Under the pieces are notes generated by a model. The model was not told where the DNA came from. It did no database searches and was given only the letters and a program-made list of their open reading frames with translations. DNA of 64,000 nucleotides, taken from NCBI GenBank assembly GCA_035221665.1, contig CM069162.1:24180001-24244000 (forward strand). Reading direction: 5' to 3'. A program made the translations under genes and the position numbers. Shown piece after piece: positions 35,379 through 48,477 of this stretch; the first letter of the stretch is position 1; every line of letters begins with the position of its first letter. Source of the stretch: Okamejei kenojei. Its lineage: Eukaryota.

Positions 35379-38300
35379 TGCTGAGCCTCCAACGTTCGAT
35401 GCACGCATGTGTGCACTAATCTTTGAATGTGGCAGTACAAACTGAGCAAGCCGTTAAAACATATGGGAACCTGGGCTTTATTAATGGTGACAGAGTGCAT
35501 AAGCAAAACCATTTTGTTAAAGTATAAAACACGGATCAGGGCACAGATGGAACACTGCGAGCACACCATGTTGAAAGAAAGCTAAGACCTTGGGAAGGGT
35601 TGCTGTCAGGTTTATGTGGAGATTTGAGAAACTGAAGGTGTTGTCCTTTAGTATAAGTGGAGTTGATAGCTGTATTCAAAATAATAAAAGGTAAAATATT
35701 GTTCTGGCAGCTGGGGGGTGGTGAATGGATGATATCAGCTTAAAGTAATAGGATTATCGGTCAAATCACAGGAGATTCGAGAAAACCCGTTTCTTTAAAA
35801 ATCAAAAATTCACTCGTCAAACACACGGTGAAAGCACATTCAATGACAACTTTCATAAGTGGATTGGACAAGAAGTTACATTTTTAAAACAAAATTGCAT
35901 GACTTTGGGGGAATGGGATTAATTGAAGAGTTAAATCAAAGAGCTGGCACAGCCACGTGCATCCAGTGACCTCCTATGTACGGAGATCCTATGCAAAGAC
36001 AGCCAAAGATGGACAACCAGCTTTCTCTGAGAGAGAACATTGAGTAATGTGGCAGAAAGCCTAATCTCGCCCTCTCTCGGTGTCCATGCCTGCCCTGTTA
36101 CCAACACATTCCAGGATTTCCTCCTTTATTCCACCCTTCATAACATCACTGCATGTGCAGTCACTAACGCAAAGTCCCTCTCATCCATTACCCCCATGAT
36201 GACTTACAATGGCTCCAAGTTAAAGAATGCTTTAATATAAAAATTCTCATCAGTTTTCAAATCCCTTCATGCCAGACCTCTCATTATCTATAATTTCCTC
36301 AATCTCAACAATTCTCTGAGATTTCAGAGTTTTCCCAGTTCTGGCAATCCCCTGATTGAAGAGCTTCACCACTGGAAACTGCACCTTCAGATGCCACACT
36401 CTGAAAATGGACACCGACACCTGTCCCACTTCCACTCCACACTGTCCACCAGCCGACTGCTCATTCCATCTTTGGCCAAGTGTTTGATAATGTCCTAATT
36501 TTGTCATGTCTCGCTGTCAGACTTTGATGATGCTTCTCTTCTGCGACAGACTGATGAAGACCAACATGCCAAAAGTCCTTTTCACCTCCCTATCCACCCA
36601 TGATGCCACTTTCAGGGAATATTGGCTTTGGCGATAACACATACAAAAATGTAATTACACTCAACATTAATAGGTGAACTAAACTGAACTGATGTGAGGA
36701 ATGACCTTCTTAGTCCAGCTTAATAGGTGATAAAATGGAATATTAATTATCACAAGTAATAATACAATTACCACTGGTATTATTTCTATTTTGGGGCAGG
36801 GAAAGTTGGAGTTCAAGTGAATGCTAGTTTCACCTAGAATTCAAGTGGGTGACCCCTTATTTTTAAACAGTGAATGCTAATTTTACATTTTTGCACCAGA
36901 GGAAACATCCTCCCCACTTCTGACATGTCAGGACTTCCGAGGGACGTATGTTTCAACTCTGTGAGGTGGGTTGTTGGGGAAGTTCTGGAGTCACACATGA
37001 GCCTAGCATAGTTAAGGACAGAAAGCTTCCTGCACTAAAAGCACATGAGTAAACCAGATTGTTTTAGGGGATCTCAACCATGCCATCATTACTCAACATC
37101 CTCAGATGTAGGATTGAAAAGGGCCGTACTCAAGAGGAAATCCGACCAAAAGCTCACCTTGCTAGCCCAGAAACAAGTGGCACAGGGAGAACAAACACAG
37201 GAAGCAGAAATGTTAAAAATATGTTCCTCATCAGCAGAGTTCCATCTGAAAATATTGGGGAATCTCCCAAAAATATCCAAGATACTTTGTGCACTGATAT
37301 AGGTGGTTTCAGATGTGATGGCTGTAAGTTACAATTGGGTAAGGAATGGGGCAACCGATCAGCCAGGGTATCCATTTCTGACAGACAATCAGTGACCCCC
37401 CCCCCCCCTCCAGGCCGGTCCTGGGATGTGATGATCCCATGATGGGACGAGCAGCACTCCCTCTCTCCATGAAACATGACAAATGGGTCACTTCAAGATG
37501 GATGTGACAGCATGCAAAGCATACATCAGCACCTTCAAGAGAAGAGGTAAAGGAATTGGAACCTGGGCAGGAAAATAATTTTTTCACTACTCCTATCTCT
37601 GCCTTGTAGCGTTTTGCCTTTGATCATTGGCATGCATGGCACAGTACAACAGGGTATTAATAAATCTCATACATTATTCGTGTTTCACATAGAAGAGCAT
37701 TCGCCGGAATGCGTAATACTCATGTCTAACAATTTGATGTACGACAATTACATTCCCAAGCGGGGATTTCCCCCAAATCCAGCCCCATGTTCAGAGCAAA
37801 CCGCAGCACCCTGGTTTAAATGTCTATCGTTGTCGTCTAGTTTAAAAGCAGGCAAGTACTTGGTGTGCAGACAAGCACTCATGCTCACACACCTTAGCTC
37901 CTTCAGCCAAACCTAATAAGAGCTTTACGAGGTTTCAGTGTATGGGTTTATCTGTACTCTTTCAATGATGAGAAAAATGGGCAATCTCTCTTCTACCAGC
38001 TGTCTTCAGCATCTGCTGCAGCCACAAACTGCAATTATATTACTCCCAAATGACTAGTAAAAATATCTCGTCTCCGATACTCCTAGTTTTAAGACGGGAG
38101 CTTAATGTCCTGTGGGTATTTCAATGTTGCTGAATCTGTCGCTACTCCGTGCGCCTGGATTTTTGAAAATCTCTTTACGGATTAACAGATCCAGATCTGG
38201 CAAATATAACAGAGGTCAAAGCTTTACCCTTCAAACGCAAGCATATCTTACAGATGTCTGAAGGAGGATAGAGAAAAAGCTTTCTGAGATCAATTGGCCA

Positions 38301-39394
38301 ATATCACAATATACCATCAGAAAATAATTAATATTACAAGCCGTGAGCTGATTGATCCATCACATCCAACACGGGTCTTGGATAAAGCTTTGCTGATCTC
38401 CTCTGTAGAAGTAATACAGCAAGACTGAGATTCAACGCTGCTTCTTTATTCAGCTCTTGTGCCAATCTTCTGCAGATGACTCCGAGGTTAATTTGATCAA
38501 CTACAAAGCCTTTAACCGGTGCATTTTTTTTATTACTGTACCTGCAAACTTTGCCAACTTCATTTGGAACTTCAACTCCCAAAGTAGCTTTGGGTCGTTT
38601 AATTTTCAGGTCTGGTATACATTCGCATATCAAGGTCTTAATTTAGCTGCTCAAACAGCGAGTGCTGCAGAACACAGGGTGGGGAGAGAACCAGTGAACA
38701 ACATCATTCAAGTTTTAAACTAGTCTATATTTCATATGGAGTCTGACTTTTTTTCCACGTCACAGGCTGATCATCATCGAGAGTTTGCTCACACGTCTCC
38801 ACCAAAGCCACATTTTTCAGCCAAGAACATAACCATACTTCATCCTTCCCCAGAGATGTGATTCCTGATTTGAATGGTAGTTGCACATTACATTTGGGTC
38901 AGACATCAATTGGCTGCCTTATGGTTCTGGCTTAAATGCTCATTAATGGACTTTCTCAGGTTATAAACATTAAAGGGAAAGGTAGCCTTTGGGAGAACAG
39001 CATAGAAGAAACATGAATATATTTCAGACATGGACCATATCTTGCCTCCCATGCACATTCTGCTCTCTGAAGGAACAAAGTAATATGTTGCAACTTACAC
39101 TGCTTATTAAAAAGCAAAATACTGCAAATGCTAACAAGCTGAATACAAACTGTGAATGTGTTCTCATCTGTGTAGAGAGAAACAGAATTGATCAATGATC
39201 TTTTATAAAAATTCACGGAACTGCACTGAAGGCCAAATGACCTGGAACATTAACTGTTTCTCTCTCCACAGATACTACCTGCCCTGCTGAATTTTCCCAC
39301 CATTCTGATTGTGTTTCAGGTTTCCAATAACATTTCAAACCAACAACGTTTCATCACAACCGAGAAAAGAGAGGAGTCAAATATGTATTAAGTC

Positions 39395-39530
39395 GTCCTC
39401 ACATTCACCCCACTGGCCTCCATCATCCTCTGAAATGTCCTTTACCCACCAGACATAACATCCCCTCCCTTGCCAGCATCCTCAAGAAACTGTTCTCCCC
39501 GTGACACTCTTCCTTCTCCATCAACCCCCA
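39395..39530 (+). mobile_element. Penelope-like coding fragment
   Basis: gtcctcacattcaccccactggcctcc…tcccctcccttgccagcat…ccgtgacactct (LTFHP…PSPPLxAF…RD), inverse-homologous to about 4510-4600. Confidence 0.5.
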
Positions 39531-40692
39531 GTATATTAAGTTATTCATAAATCAATGGAAAAATAAAAAGACAGTACAAAAAAAACAAACATTAGTGCAA
39601 AACTATACAATTCGAAAACACTTATTTAATGCGTAATTTTCCCCACACATACTCATTGGAGGCTTTTCTGCATCATTGTTACTGAGAACGACTCGAGAAG
39701 GCAGTGGTGGTGATTGGGGAACTGCAGCATAGAGGCCGACAGTGGTCGACATGTTGCCAATGCTTCCTCTCCATTCAGTTCACAATCACGTATCATTCTG
39801 GTGACCCACCAAGTAAAATCCAAATGTTTTTTTTTCCAGAATGAATAATTGAAAGTAAGATTAAGAACTACCCCAATTTTCCTCCAGAGAGTCAGTGAAG
39901 AACTGCAAATGAGACGTGGCGCTTCTCCCTTTCACACAACACACTCCAACCACAAGTGACAAGGAGGCACAGAAAGAAAGGACTGTAGAGGAAAAGGAGA
40001 ATATTAATTCCACTGTACAAAAATAAAGGAAGAAAGATATCTTCTAGGAATTCTGTACTTTCAGTACCTGTTTTATTTTGACAAATTGAGGCATTTTAGA
40101 TGAAACATTCCACAATGGGATTGCTTTATTTTGAGTGCCTGAAAGTAAGCATCTTCATTGTTAACATGCCTACATAACATGCATTGAATCGTACAACAGG
40201 ACAAGACAACTATTTTGCCCTCTGATGAGTGGTCCGTTTTGCTGAAATACTTCAGGCACTCTCTGAAATTGTTGCATGGAGTGTGAATAAGCTTTTGAGA
40301 CTAAGGAGGCTTACTGTTTGAGCAATCAATTTCAGCTGGGGAAGTTTAAAATGCTAATAGAGTGCGTGCAGTGGCAGGGACCAGTGTTCTCAGGGCAAAA
40401 CGCAGATCCGTGGCTGGTTCAATTTCATTTAATTTGGTCAGGCAGAGAAAGTGGCAGAAAGCCTGCAATTATGAGGGAAATTCACAATTGTGTTTGTTTG
40501 TGAAAGGTTTAATGTGTAGGTGTCAAGAACTCTGTCTTTTCATTATGTGGACCCGAATACAAATACAGTCCAGCTGGATTCTACAGAGGAAGCAAAGTCT
40601 ATTTTGCTTTCCAATTTTTAAAAAGGTTAAAATATTTGTTAATTATAGTCTGATCTTTTTCTCCAGAAAGAAAAGGGGCAACTTTTTCATAT

Positions 40693-40910
40693 GTAGACAA
40701 AATTGCTGGAGAAACTCAGTGGGTGAGGCAGCATCTATGAAGCGATGGAAATAGGCAACGTTTCGGGTCGAAACCCTTCAGGTCTGAAGAAGGGTTCCGA
40801 CCCGAAACGTTGCCTATTTCCTTCACTCCATAGATGCTGCCTCACCCGCTGAGTATCTCCAGCGTTTTAGTCTACCTTCGATTTTCCAGCATCTGCAGTT
40901 CCTTCTTAAA
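40693..40910. mobile_element. Fold-back Penelope-derived element with 14-bp TSD, inserted in a CR1 3' fragment (about 40660-41136)
   Basis: Inverted arms of ~90 bp at 40693-40781 and 40784-40875; TSD caacttttt(c/t)atat at 40679-40692 and 40911-40924. Confidence 0.9.
40780..40815 (+). ncRNA. Minimal type I hammerhead ribozyme motif
   Basis: AGGU-CUGAAGA-A-GGGU-UCCG-ACCC-GAAA-CG-UU-GCCU: intact core, 4-bp stem II, palindromic ACGU in place of stem III, 4-bp stem I. Predicted cleavage 3' of 40811. Confidence 0.75.
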
Positions 40911-41213
40911 CAACTTTTTTATATAGTGGGTTGTGGGTATATGGAACGAGCTGCCAGAGGAAGCAGTTGAGGCAGCTACTACAACAACATTTTAAATATA
41001 TTTGGACAGGTACATGGATAGGTACGGTTTAGAGGGATATGGGCCAAACATAGGCAAGTGGGACAAGTGTAGAAGGGGGCATCTTGGTCGGCATGGGTAA
41101 GTTGGACCGAAGGGCCTATTTCCGTGCTGTATGACCATTAATCAATCAAGGTATGCCTATCCATCGTATATGAAGCTCTTTATGATATTTCTGGGAGTCA
41201 AGATAAATGTTAT

Positions 41214-41416
41214 GTAAAAAAAGAGACAAAGTGCTGGAATTACTCTGCGGGTCAGACAGGAACTTTTGAGAACATGATGAGGTATCATTTCAGTTTGGGA
41301 CCCTTGAAGAAAGGTCCCCGACCTGAAATGTTACCCATCCATGTACTCCAGAGATGCTGCCTGAAGTGAATGACCGCAGCACTTTTTATGTAAACCAGCG
41401 TCTGCAGTTCTGTTTC
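41214..41416. mobile_element. Fold-back Penelope-derived element with 10-bp TSD
   Basis: TSD taaatgttat at 41204-41213 and 41417-41426; degenerate core ttgaagaaaggtccccgacctgaaatgtt. Confidence 0.8.
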
Positions 41417-41569
41417 TAAATGTTATACAGTATAAACTATTTTTTAAAATCTATTTCTCTCCCCCTTTCCCAGGGAGCTGGGAGTAAAGATTTTAAATGA
41501 TGTTATTTTCATATTTGTTCTCATAATGTGGAAAACACTGGCAAGACCACATTTATCACTTCTCCCTAA

Positions 41570-41857
41570 AGCCCCTGTCCCACTATCCCGAGTTTTCCCC
41601 TTGATTCAAACTCGGAGAACGTCCGTAGCAAGTCCGTAGCAAGTCCGTAGATATTTCGTAGCGGCTCGTAATGCCAGCCGTCAATACTCGGGGCAGCAGG
41701 TAAGTCGGGACGTTTTTTCAGCATGTTGAAAAATGTCCATGAGTAACAAAAATAGCCCTGAGTACCTACAACTGGCTATTGCCGTAATTCTCCGACTTTG
41801 AATCAAGTGGAAAACTCGGGAGAATTCATGGTAACTCGGGAAAGTGGGACAGGGTCT
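41570..41857. mobile_element. PIF/Harbinger-like MITE, related subfamily
   Basis: TAA TSD at 41567-41569 and 41858-41860; TIRs ccctgtcccact and agtgggacaggg. Confidence 0.85.
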
Positions 41858-41859
41858 TA

Positions 41860-43330
41860 ACCGTTCTGATATTGTGTTGGTGGCACTGAGCATTGAAAAT
41901 GATGGTGACATTTGTCCTGCATTGGTCTTAGAGTGGAGAATCAAAGATCCCGATTCAATGATTACAAAGGAATGTCAAAACATGGGAGAAATGGATATAG
42001 CTTGGAGGGAGATTAGTAAATGGTGTTCCCACCGATATTGCTATCCTGCCCTCGGTCGGGTTGGCAAGACCGAGAGGTGTTGTTAAAGGCACCTTGAAGA
42101 GTTATTACATTGCGGTCTACAGATTGTACATATTGCAGCTGGTTTTCCATGGAGAGGGTAGAGATGAGTCTTGTGGCAGGCAAATCAATCAAGTACATTC
42201 CTTTGTCCTGAAAGATGTTGAACTTCCTGAATACAGTTGAAGCGCTAACTACCGCAGCAAATGGCGAATGGTCCTTTATTCCCGAGATCTGCCATTCTTT
42301 AAACCACGGACAGCCATAAATAATCCAAAGACATTATCTATTTCAAAGAACAGCAGGGATGTTATTTACAATGTCCTGGTCAATAATTATTGCTTAACCA
42401 ACGCCTCCAAACCAGAATATATTGTCTAAACCACTTTGTGGGACTTTGTTTTGCATAACTGGCTGCTGTGTTTCCTACATTACAATAGCGATGATGCTGC
42501 AAAATTACTTCACTGGCTCGAAAAGTGTTTTGGGAGGCTTTGAAAAGACTGTGAAAAGTAGCATTGAAATGCAAGTCTTTCTATGTATCTTTTTCCCAAG
42601 ATGTGACTTTTTGAGAAGATAATGGCCTTTCTCAGGTCCCGAGCCTAACTAGTCAGTGATTTCTAAAACATTTTTCTTGATCTTGCGGTCACAGTGATGA
42701 TGCCCCAACTCAAGGGGCAAATGGTGAGATACAGGGTGTGAATGGTTACAGGATGGAAGATGATGCCAGTGATGATCTAGGTCCTCTTTCATTCATGCCA
42801 TACACTGCCTGGTGCTTAAGTGGCATCAATATTGCCTGGCATCTATTAGCAAAGACTGGCTAGTTTGACTTGGTGAAACATAGAAATGGCTGCTTTATCA
42901 TCATGGGGATTGTGAGTGAGGCTGAAAATTGGGAAAGTATTAGTGAGCATTCCTCACCTTGGGATGGAATGTAGATCATGGGAGAACAAGGTGCAGGGAT
43001 GTCCAAACACTGTGATGATCACAAAGGTCATCCTTTTATCGGATATAAGTTTAGTTAATAGACTTTTGCTTTTAATGGTCCACAACCTTAACTGTGTCGT
43101 TGTTTTACTAGGTGGATGCATCACTTGAGATATGCATGGTAGTGACCCTGGCGCTTCCCTCAACATCTACCTGTGAATAAGGGTGGGCATCACAGTATGA
43201 TCGTTTGTGTCCATTGGTAGCAGATGCCTATTTAATTTGGTGAACATTTCCTTATGACAGCTCCATTAACGGAAGCTTTACTGAATCAGTAACTGCTATT
43301 TCCAAGTGATGGTCAACATGGAAGAACACT
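41860..43330 (-). mobile_element. Old CR1/L2-group LINE remnants (discontinuous)
   Basis: Continues the tail family begun at about 41530; gatgttgaacttcctga…caggtccc and ggtggatgcatcac segments typical of inverted LINE ORF2. Confidence 0.45.
42320..42592 (+). mobile_element. DeuSINE-type (SacSINE1-like) element: Deu domain and tail
   Basis: ctatttcaaagaacagcaggga…gtcctggtcaata…tgtgggactttg…tggctgctgtgtttcctacattacaa…tacttcactggc…gtgttttggga…gtgaaaag…aaatgcaagtctttct. Confidence 0.7.
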
Positions 43331-43728
43331 GCTTCTTCAGTTAAGGGTAGACATGTAGGTGTTGCTCTGCACCTGTATCTCATCTTCCTCTGATATTTCT
43401 AGGCTTGACTCATGCCTGCATAGATGAGAATCAATTTCAGTAAAATGCACTCCTTCAGAAAAGGAGAATAAACTGGAGGAAAGAAAATCCAAATATATCA
43501 TTTGAAATGTACTGCTGCAGTGCTCACTGGATTCCATTGTGTTCAATATTGTGTTCAATGGAATAAGTGCATTAGACTGACATCACTTCATGCTGAATGA
43601 TGTGTAACAGTGCTTTTTGATGTTACACCAAAACCTGAGGGGCAACCTTTTCACTGAGAGGGTGGTGGGTATATAGAACGAGATGTCAGATGAGGTAGAT
43701 GAACCATATAAGTGCATCTACAATACAC

Positions 43729-43895
43729 TTGTGTAGGAAAGAACCGCAGATGCTGGTTTAAATGGAAGGTTGACACAAAATGCTGGAGTAACTCAGTAAC
43801 TTTGGGACAGGCAGCATCTCTGGAGAGAAGGAATGGGTGACGTTTCGGGTCGAGATCCTTCTGCAGTCCCAAAACGTTACTCATTCCTTCTCCCC
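43729..43895 (-). mobile_element. Penelope-derived element with short fold-back
   Basis: tgtgtaggaaagaaccgcagatgctgg…gggtgacgtttcgggtcgagatccttctgcag; core reads CUGCAGA (mutated). Confidence 0.8.
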
Positions 43896-45044
43896 GTCCC
43901 CGAGACACCAATACAGTACCAGCACCAGCCTAATCTAAACACTCAAACTCCCCTGGCTGCTCAGCCCCACCAGCAAGTTGTGGTAATTGGCTCTTATTCA
44001 TCCATCTTACCGTGGAAGTTGATGAAAGAAATAGATCTAGTATGACTGACTCAGAGGTTTGTGTACATGAGGCATCAGCCTGAAATGGTAGATCACTTGT
44101 GAGAGTGTTGCTGCTGTTCAAAGTCTTATTTGAAAAGACTTCCATTCGCAGTTCTGGTTGTTAAGTATTAATCTACATCAACAGGCAGCACGCTGGGACT
44201 TTTAACTCACTTCAGCTCATCAAAGGTCTAATGTGCTGCACCAAACCAGGGCCAATATTCAGTGATCAGCAAAGCAAACTGAAGGCAGAAATTAACTATC
44301 GGGAGCCACTGGCAGTTTCAACAACTATAACAGGCCTCGTTAGAAATTTAGCAATGACCTTCAGTGATGTATAGTAACATTTACAGGTTTTTCCCTTTCA
44401 GAAAGCACATATAAACTTGTGCAGTCTAAAGTTAAAAGTCAAGTGCAACGGCAATCTCAATCCATTTGCTAATACGAGCTCATAACCACCACTACTATCA
44501 ATTTGGCAATATCATCAAACAAACCACCGGACAATTGTATAAAACTGTCACAATGTAATGGAACATCCTATAAATGTAGAGGTTGAGGATGAAGCACGAT
44601 GTTGGGCCAACTTTACTCTGCATATGTTAATCTGATCTGCGCAGTGCTAGCACATAAACCATTTATTCCACCAGTATTAATGTCTTTTTACCCTGAGCAG
44701 CGAGAAAATTCATGGCCCAGTGAAGCAAAGCTGTGAAGCTGTATACATGAGGGGACAATCCACAATGCCTGAATAATGCAACTTCAACAACACTTAAGGA
44801 GATCAGCACCAGACAAAACATAACAGCTCAATTGACTGGCACCTAATCCAACGCTGGAACTATTCACTGCCTCCAATCTGCATGGAAACTATCTCTGGAA
44901 TGCATTACAGTTACTCATCAAATACAAACTGGCAGAAACACTCAGCAGGGTGTGCAGATTACGGGGCCTTTGTCAGTTCAAAACTGAATTATTTACGGCA
45001 TTTTCTGTTTTAGTATTTGAACTTCCAGCATCTTCCGTTTTTAA

Positions 45045-45175
45045 TGGAGGAGTCACTGTGGTGGATGTTTGCGTTAAAATGTATTTTGAGTGTTCTGTTG
45101 CTTTTTATTTGGATGACTGACTTGGCAAATGAAATTCCTCGTATGTTGCAAAACATACTTGGCTAATAAAGAATA
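45045..45175 (+). mobile_element. Rex1/Babar-like LINE 3' tail
   Basis: gaaattcctcgtatgttgcaaaacatacttggctaataaag, a terminal stem-loop plus AATAAA. Confidence 0.5.
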
Positions 45176-45617
45176 ATTGTTTTGTATTGCAGATCTTACG
45201 CACCGAGACTGCATGGACAGCACCTGCAAAACCCGTGAGCTCTACCAACACGAGGAACAAGGCGGCAAGAAATGGAACGCTTTTTACGAGAATGCTGCTA
45301 GATATAAAGAGAGATTGGACAGATGTGGTGTTTTTAATGGAAGGTCAGAAGTTAAGGGGAAACCTGGTCAAAATGTATCAAATTATGAGAGGCATAGAGA
45401 GGGTGAAATTTTTATGAGAGGCTTAGAGAGGGTGAAAATGTCAATGACCAGAGGCCATAGCTTTAAGGTGAATGGGGCAAAGTTTAGCAGAGATGTGCAG
45501 GGCAGGTTTTTTACACAGGAGATGATAGTGCCTGGAACACACTGCCAGAAATTGTATGTCATTGAGGAGTCTGAGCTAAAGAAACATGAAGATAAATAAT
45601 AGCTACTACATTATTTT

Positions 45618-46128
45618 ACATAGATACATAGATACATAGACAATAGGTGCAGGTGTGGGCCATTCAGCCCTTTGAGCCAGCACCGCCATTCAATGTGATC
45701 ATGGCTGATCATCCACAATCAGTAGCCCGTTCCTGTCTTCTCCCCATACCCCTTGATTCCGCTAGCCCTAAGAGCTCCATCCAACTCTCTTTTGAATGCA
45801 TCCAGTGAACCGGCCACCACTGCCTTCTGAGGCAGAGAATTCCACAAATTCACAACTCTCTGGGTGAAAAGGTTTTTCCTTATCTCAGTTGTAAATGGCC
45901 TACCCCTTATTCTTAAACTGTGGCCCCCTGTTTATGGACTCCTCCAATATCGGGAACATGTTTCCTGCATTTAGCGTGTTCAATCCCTTAATAATTTTTG
46001 TATGTTTCTATAAGATCCCCTCTCATCGTTCTAAATGCCAGTGAATACAAGCCCAGTCGCTCCATTCTTTCATCATATGACAGTCTCATCATCCCGGGGA
46101 TTAACCTCGTGAACCTACGCTGCACTTC
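45618..46128 (-). mobile_element. CR1 LINE 3' end
   Basis: Close match to 12443-12930; (acatagat)n tail. Confidence 0.9.
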
Positions 46129-46544
46129 CAAACTGTGTCAAACTCCATTTTCTAACTGTACACCTGTAACCTTCAACTGTGCATGGGGCACTTTCTCCTC
46201 ACAGACTGTCTTCGAAGGCTCTGCTTTACTTCTTTTTGCTTTAGGGAGGGGCCGATACTATTCATTAGACCTTTCAATAGCAAATGCTGCTTTCCCCCTA
46301 CACCCTACGGTTCTCTTTTTTTTCTTTTTACAAGTTAAACCTCCATAAAAATTAAACAGCGCAAATCAATCACAAATATTTAAATTAGTTAAATTATAAG
46401 ATTACCCTTTACAATTTGGAGGATAGGCACACAGAAGAGGGAGATCCCACACGGTGATGGTTACTCACCTCCCGGAGGCTGGAGCCCAGTCTCCGTGCCT
46501 CAGCCAAGGAAGAGCAATAAATCCAGGAGTTCCTGCTTTGGAAA

Positions 46545-46770
46545 GGACAGGTGGTTTTTCACACAAAGGGTGGTGGCTGTATGGAACAAGCTGCCAGGCG
46601 AGGTAGTTGAGGCTGGGACTCTCTCATCGCTTAAGAAACTGTTAGACAGGTACATGGACAGGACAGGTTTGGAGGGAGGAGGGACTAGTGTAGCTGGGAC
46701 ATTGTTGGCCGGTGTGGGCAAATTGGGCCAAAGGGCCTGTATCCATATTGTATCACTCTATGACTCTATA
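46545..46770 (+). mobile_element. CR1 3' fragment
   Basis: ORF 46495 …FFTQRVVAVWNKLPGEVVEAGT…KKLLDRYMD; tail ctctatgactctat. Confidence 0.85.
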
Positions 46771-47501
46771 TCATTGAATGGCCTGTGAAGGACCACAAAA
46801 TAATGTTGCAACTGCCAAAATTCTGCAAATTACTTTCAGGAGGTAAGGGGGGGGGGGGGGGGGGGGGGGGGGTAGTGGAGGAAATGAAGGCTCCACTGCT
46901 TTGTCTGAATTTATTACATTTTAATTTAAAAACAAATCCCTCCCTCTGATTGTAATGAAATAAGCGATATTACCGTCACCCACGCTGGTGCATCACCCTG
47001 CCATGTCTACCAGTGTCCTGATTCAGTAAGAAATACCAGAAGACATGGCTTACAGTTCAACCTTGAAAATCACTTGTTCAACCACATCTATCATTTAAGT
47101 AGAGAAAGCAACAGAGCAGAACCCTTTGATAGTAAAATCTTAATTGCCACAATAAATGTTAGCTTATTGAGAGTTTCTCCGTATCGGGAGCTTGCAGACT
47201 GACCATGTGATGAAATGAAGATCACAGCCACTGAACAGTGAAGTTTCTTGCTGAATCTCATGCATTAGTTGCCGCTCACACTAACCTCACAGCTCGCATT
47301 ATTCTAATTATTCAGTCTCTCTGTGTAGGCTCAAAATGTAATAACTTTTTCCCCCACAGCGTAACTCCAACATGCCCCATATTCTGCAGTCTCACGCACT
47401 CACAGAAAACACAAATTCTGGTCCCCTGAGCTGAAGCAATGTTAAAACACTCCTCCACCAATTGCCAAGGCTGTTAATTTGAGCGAGGTAGTATAATGGT
47501 A

Positions 47502-47622
47502 ATGTGTAGGAAGGGACTGCAGACGCTGGTTTGAACCGAAGAGAGACACAAAAAGCTGGAGTAACTCAGCATCTCACGAGAGAAGTAATGGGTGACGTCT
47601 CGGGTCAAGACCCTTCTTCAGA
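47502..47622 (-). mobile_element. Short Penelope-derived element
   Basis: Minus core CUGAAGA-A-GGGUC-UU-GACCC-GAGA-CG-UC, with GAAA mutated to GAGA. Confidence 0.8.
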
Positions 47623-48395
47623 CATATCCAGGGGCCTTTTGATCGGCGGTTGCGCCTCTTAATTGCATCACTTTCAGAGCAACTGAGGTGTTTAAAATTA
47701 AGTAAGTAAATACATCTGAAATAAAACGCAATGCTGTCCAGGGAACAAACATTAAAAGTTGACGTATTTGTTGAAGGAAACAGGCCATTATGACCAGGTC
47801 TGGGGTCCATGTGCGATTCCAGGTCCACAGCTAATCAGATCATGGCTAATTAGGGATGGGCAATAAACACTGACCAGCAATAACCTTACCCCTTGAGGAC
47901 ACTCCTGAAACCAAACCTCTCTGACCATGCATCTTGTTGCATTACACCACCCGAAGAAGAGCAGTCAAATTTTGTTTAACATTCCTCCTGTGAAGCAGCT
48001 TGGGATATATTACTGCAATAAGGCTGCTACTAAAGGCAAGTTGTTGCCGTTATCTTACAGCCATTAGAGGTCCACTCAGCCCTGACCATTGCGTCTTCTC
48101 ATTCAGGCCTGGTCCTGTGGCACTGTGAATCTTTTTCAGAGCATCAAGCACCCCCAGAGATGACTGCAACTGCAGAGTACATTGCTCTCTAACAGGCTTT
48201 GTTGCAGATGGTAAGACAGTTTCAATGGATTGTGAGCTGATTCTTTAAGCAAATGAAGATTTTTCTTTTTAAATTAAAACCTCCATGGAAATAAAATCCA
48301 ATAAAAGTAGTACAATTTAGGTGAAATTTCACAGGAATGTTGTATAGTACCACCCAATTTTTAAATGATTACAAAGCAACAAGGAATAAAGGGAA

Positions 48396-48477
48396 GGTAG
48401 ACACAAAATGCTGGAGTAACTCTGGAGAGAAGGAATGGGTGACGTTTCAGGTCGAGACCTTTCTTCAGACTGGAAAA
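48396..48477 (-). mobile_element. Short Penelope-derived element with 15-bp TSD
   Basis: TSD aaggaataaagggaa at 48381-48395 and 48478-48492. Confidence 0.85.
48437..48472 (-). ncRNA. Minimal hammerhead ribozyme motif (sense to CAMTA1)
   Basis: CAGU-CUGAAGA-A-AGGUC-UC-GACCU-GAAA-CG-UC-ACCC: intact core; the first stem II pair is A-U where other copies have G-C. Stem I is only about 2 bp. Confidence 0.65.

Noticed and set aside
38334-38723. Overlapping 99-aa and 88-aa ORFs with a good minus-strand acceptor near 38665
   Set aside because: All three frames after the acceptor hit stops within ~30 nt and there is no similarity to CAMTA1 or any protein I recognise; more likely non-coding.
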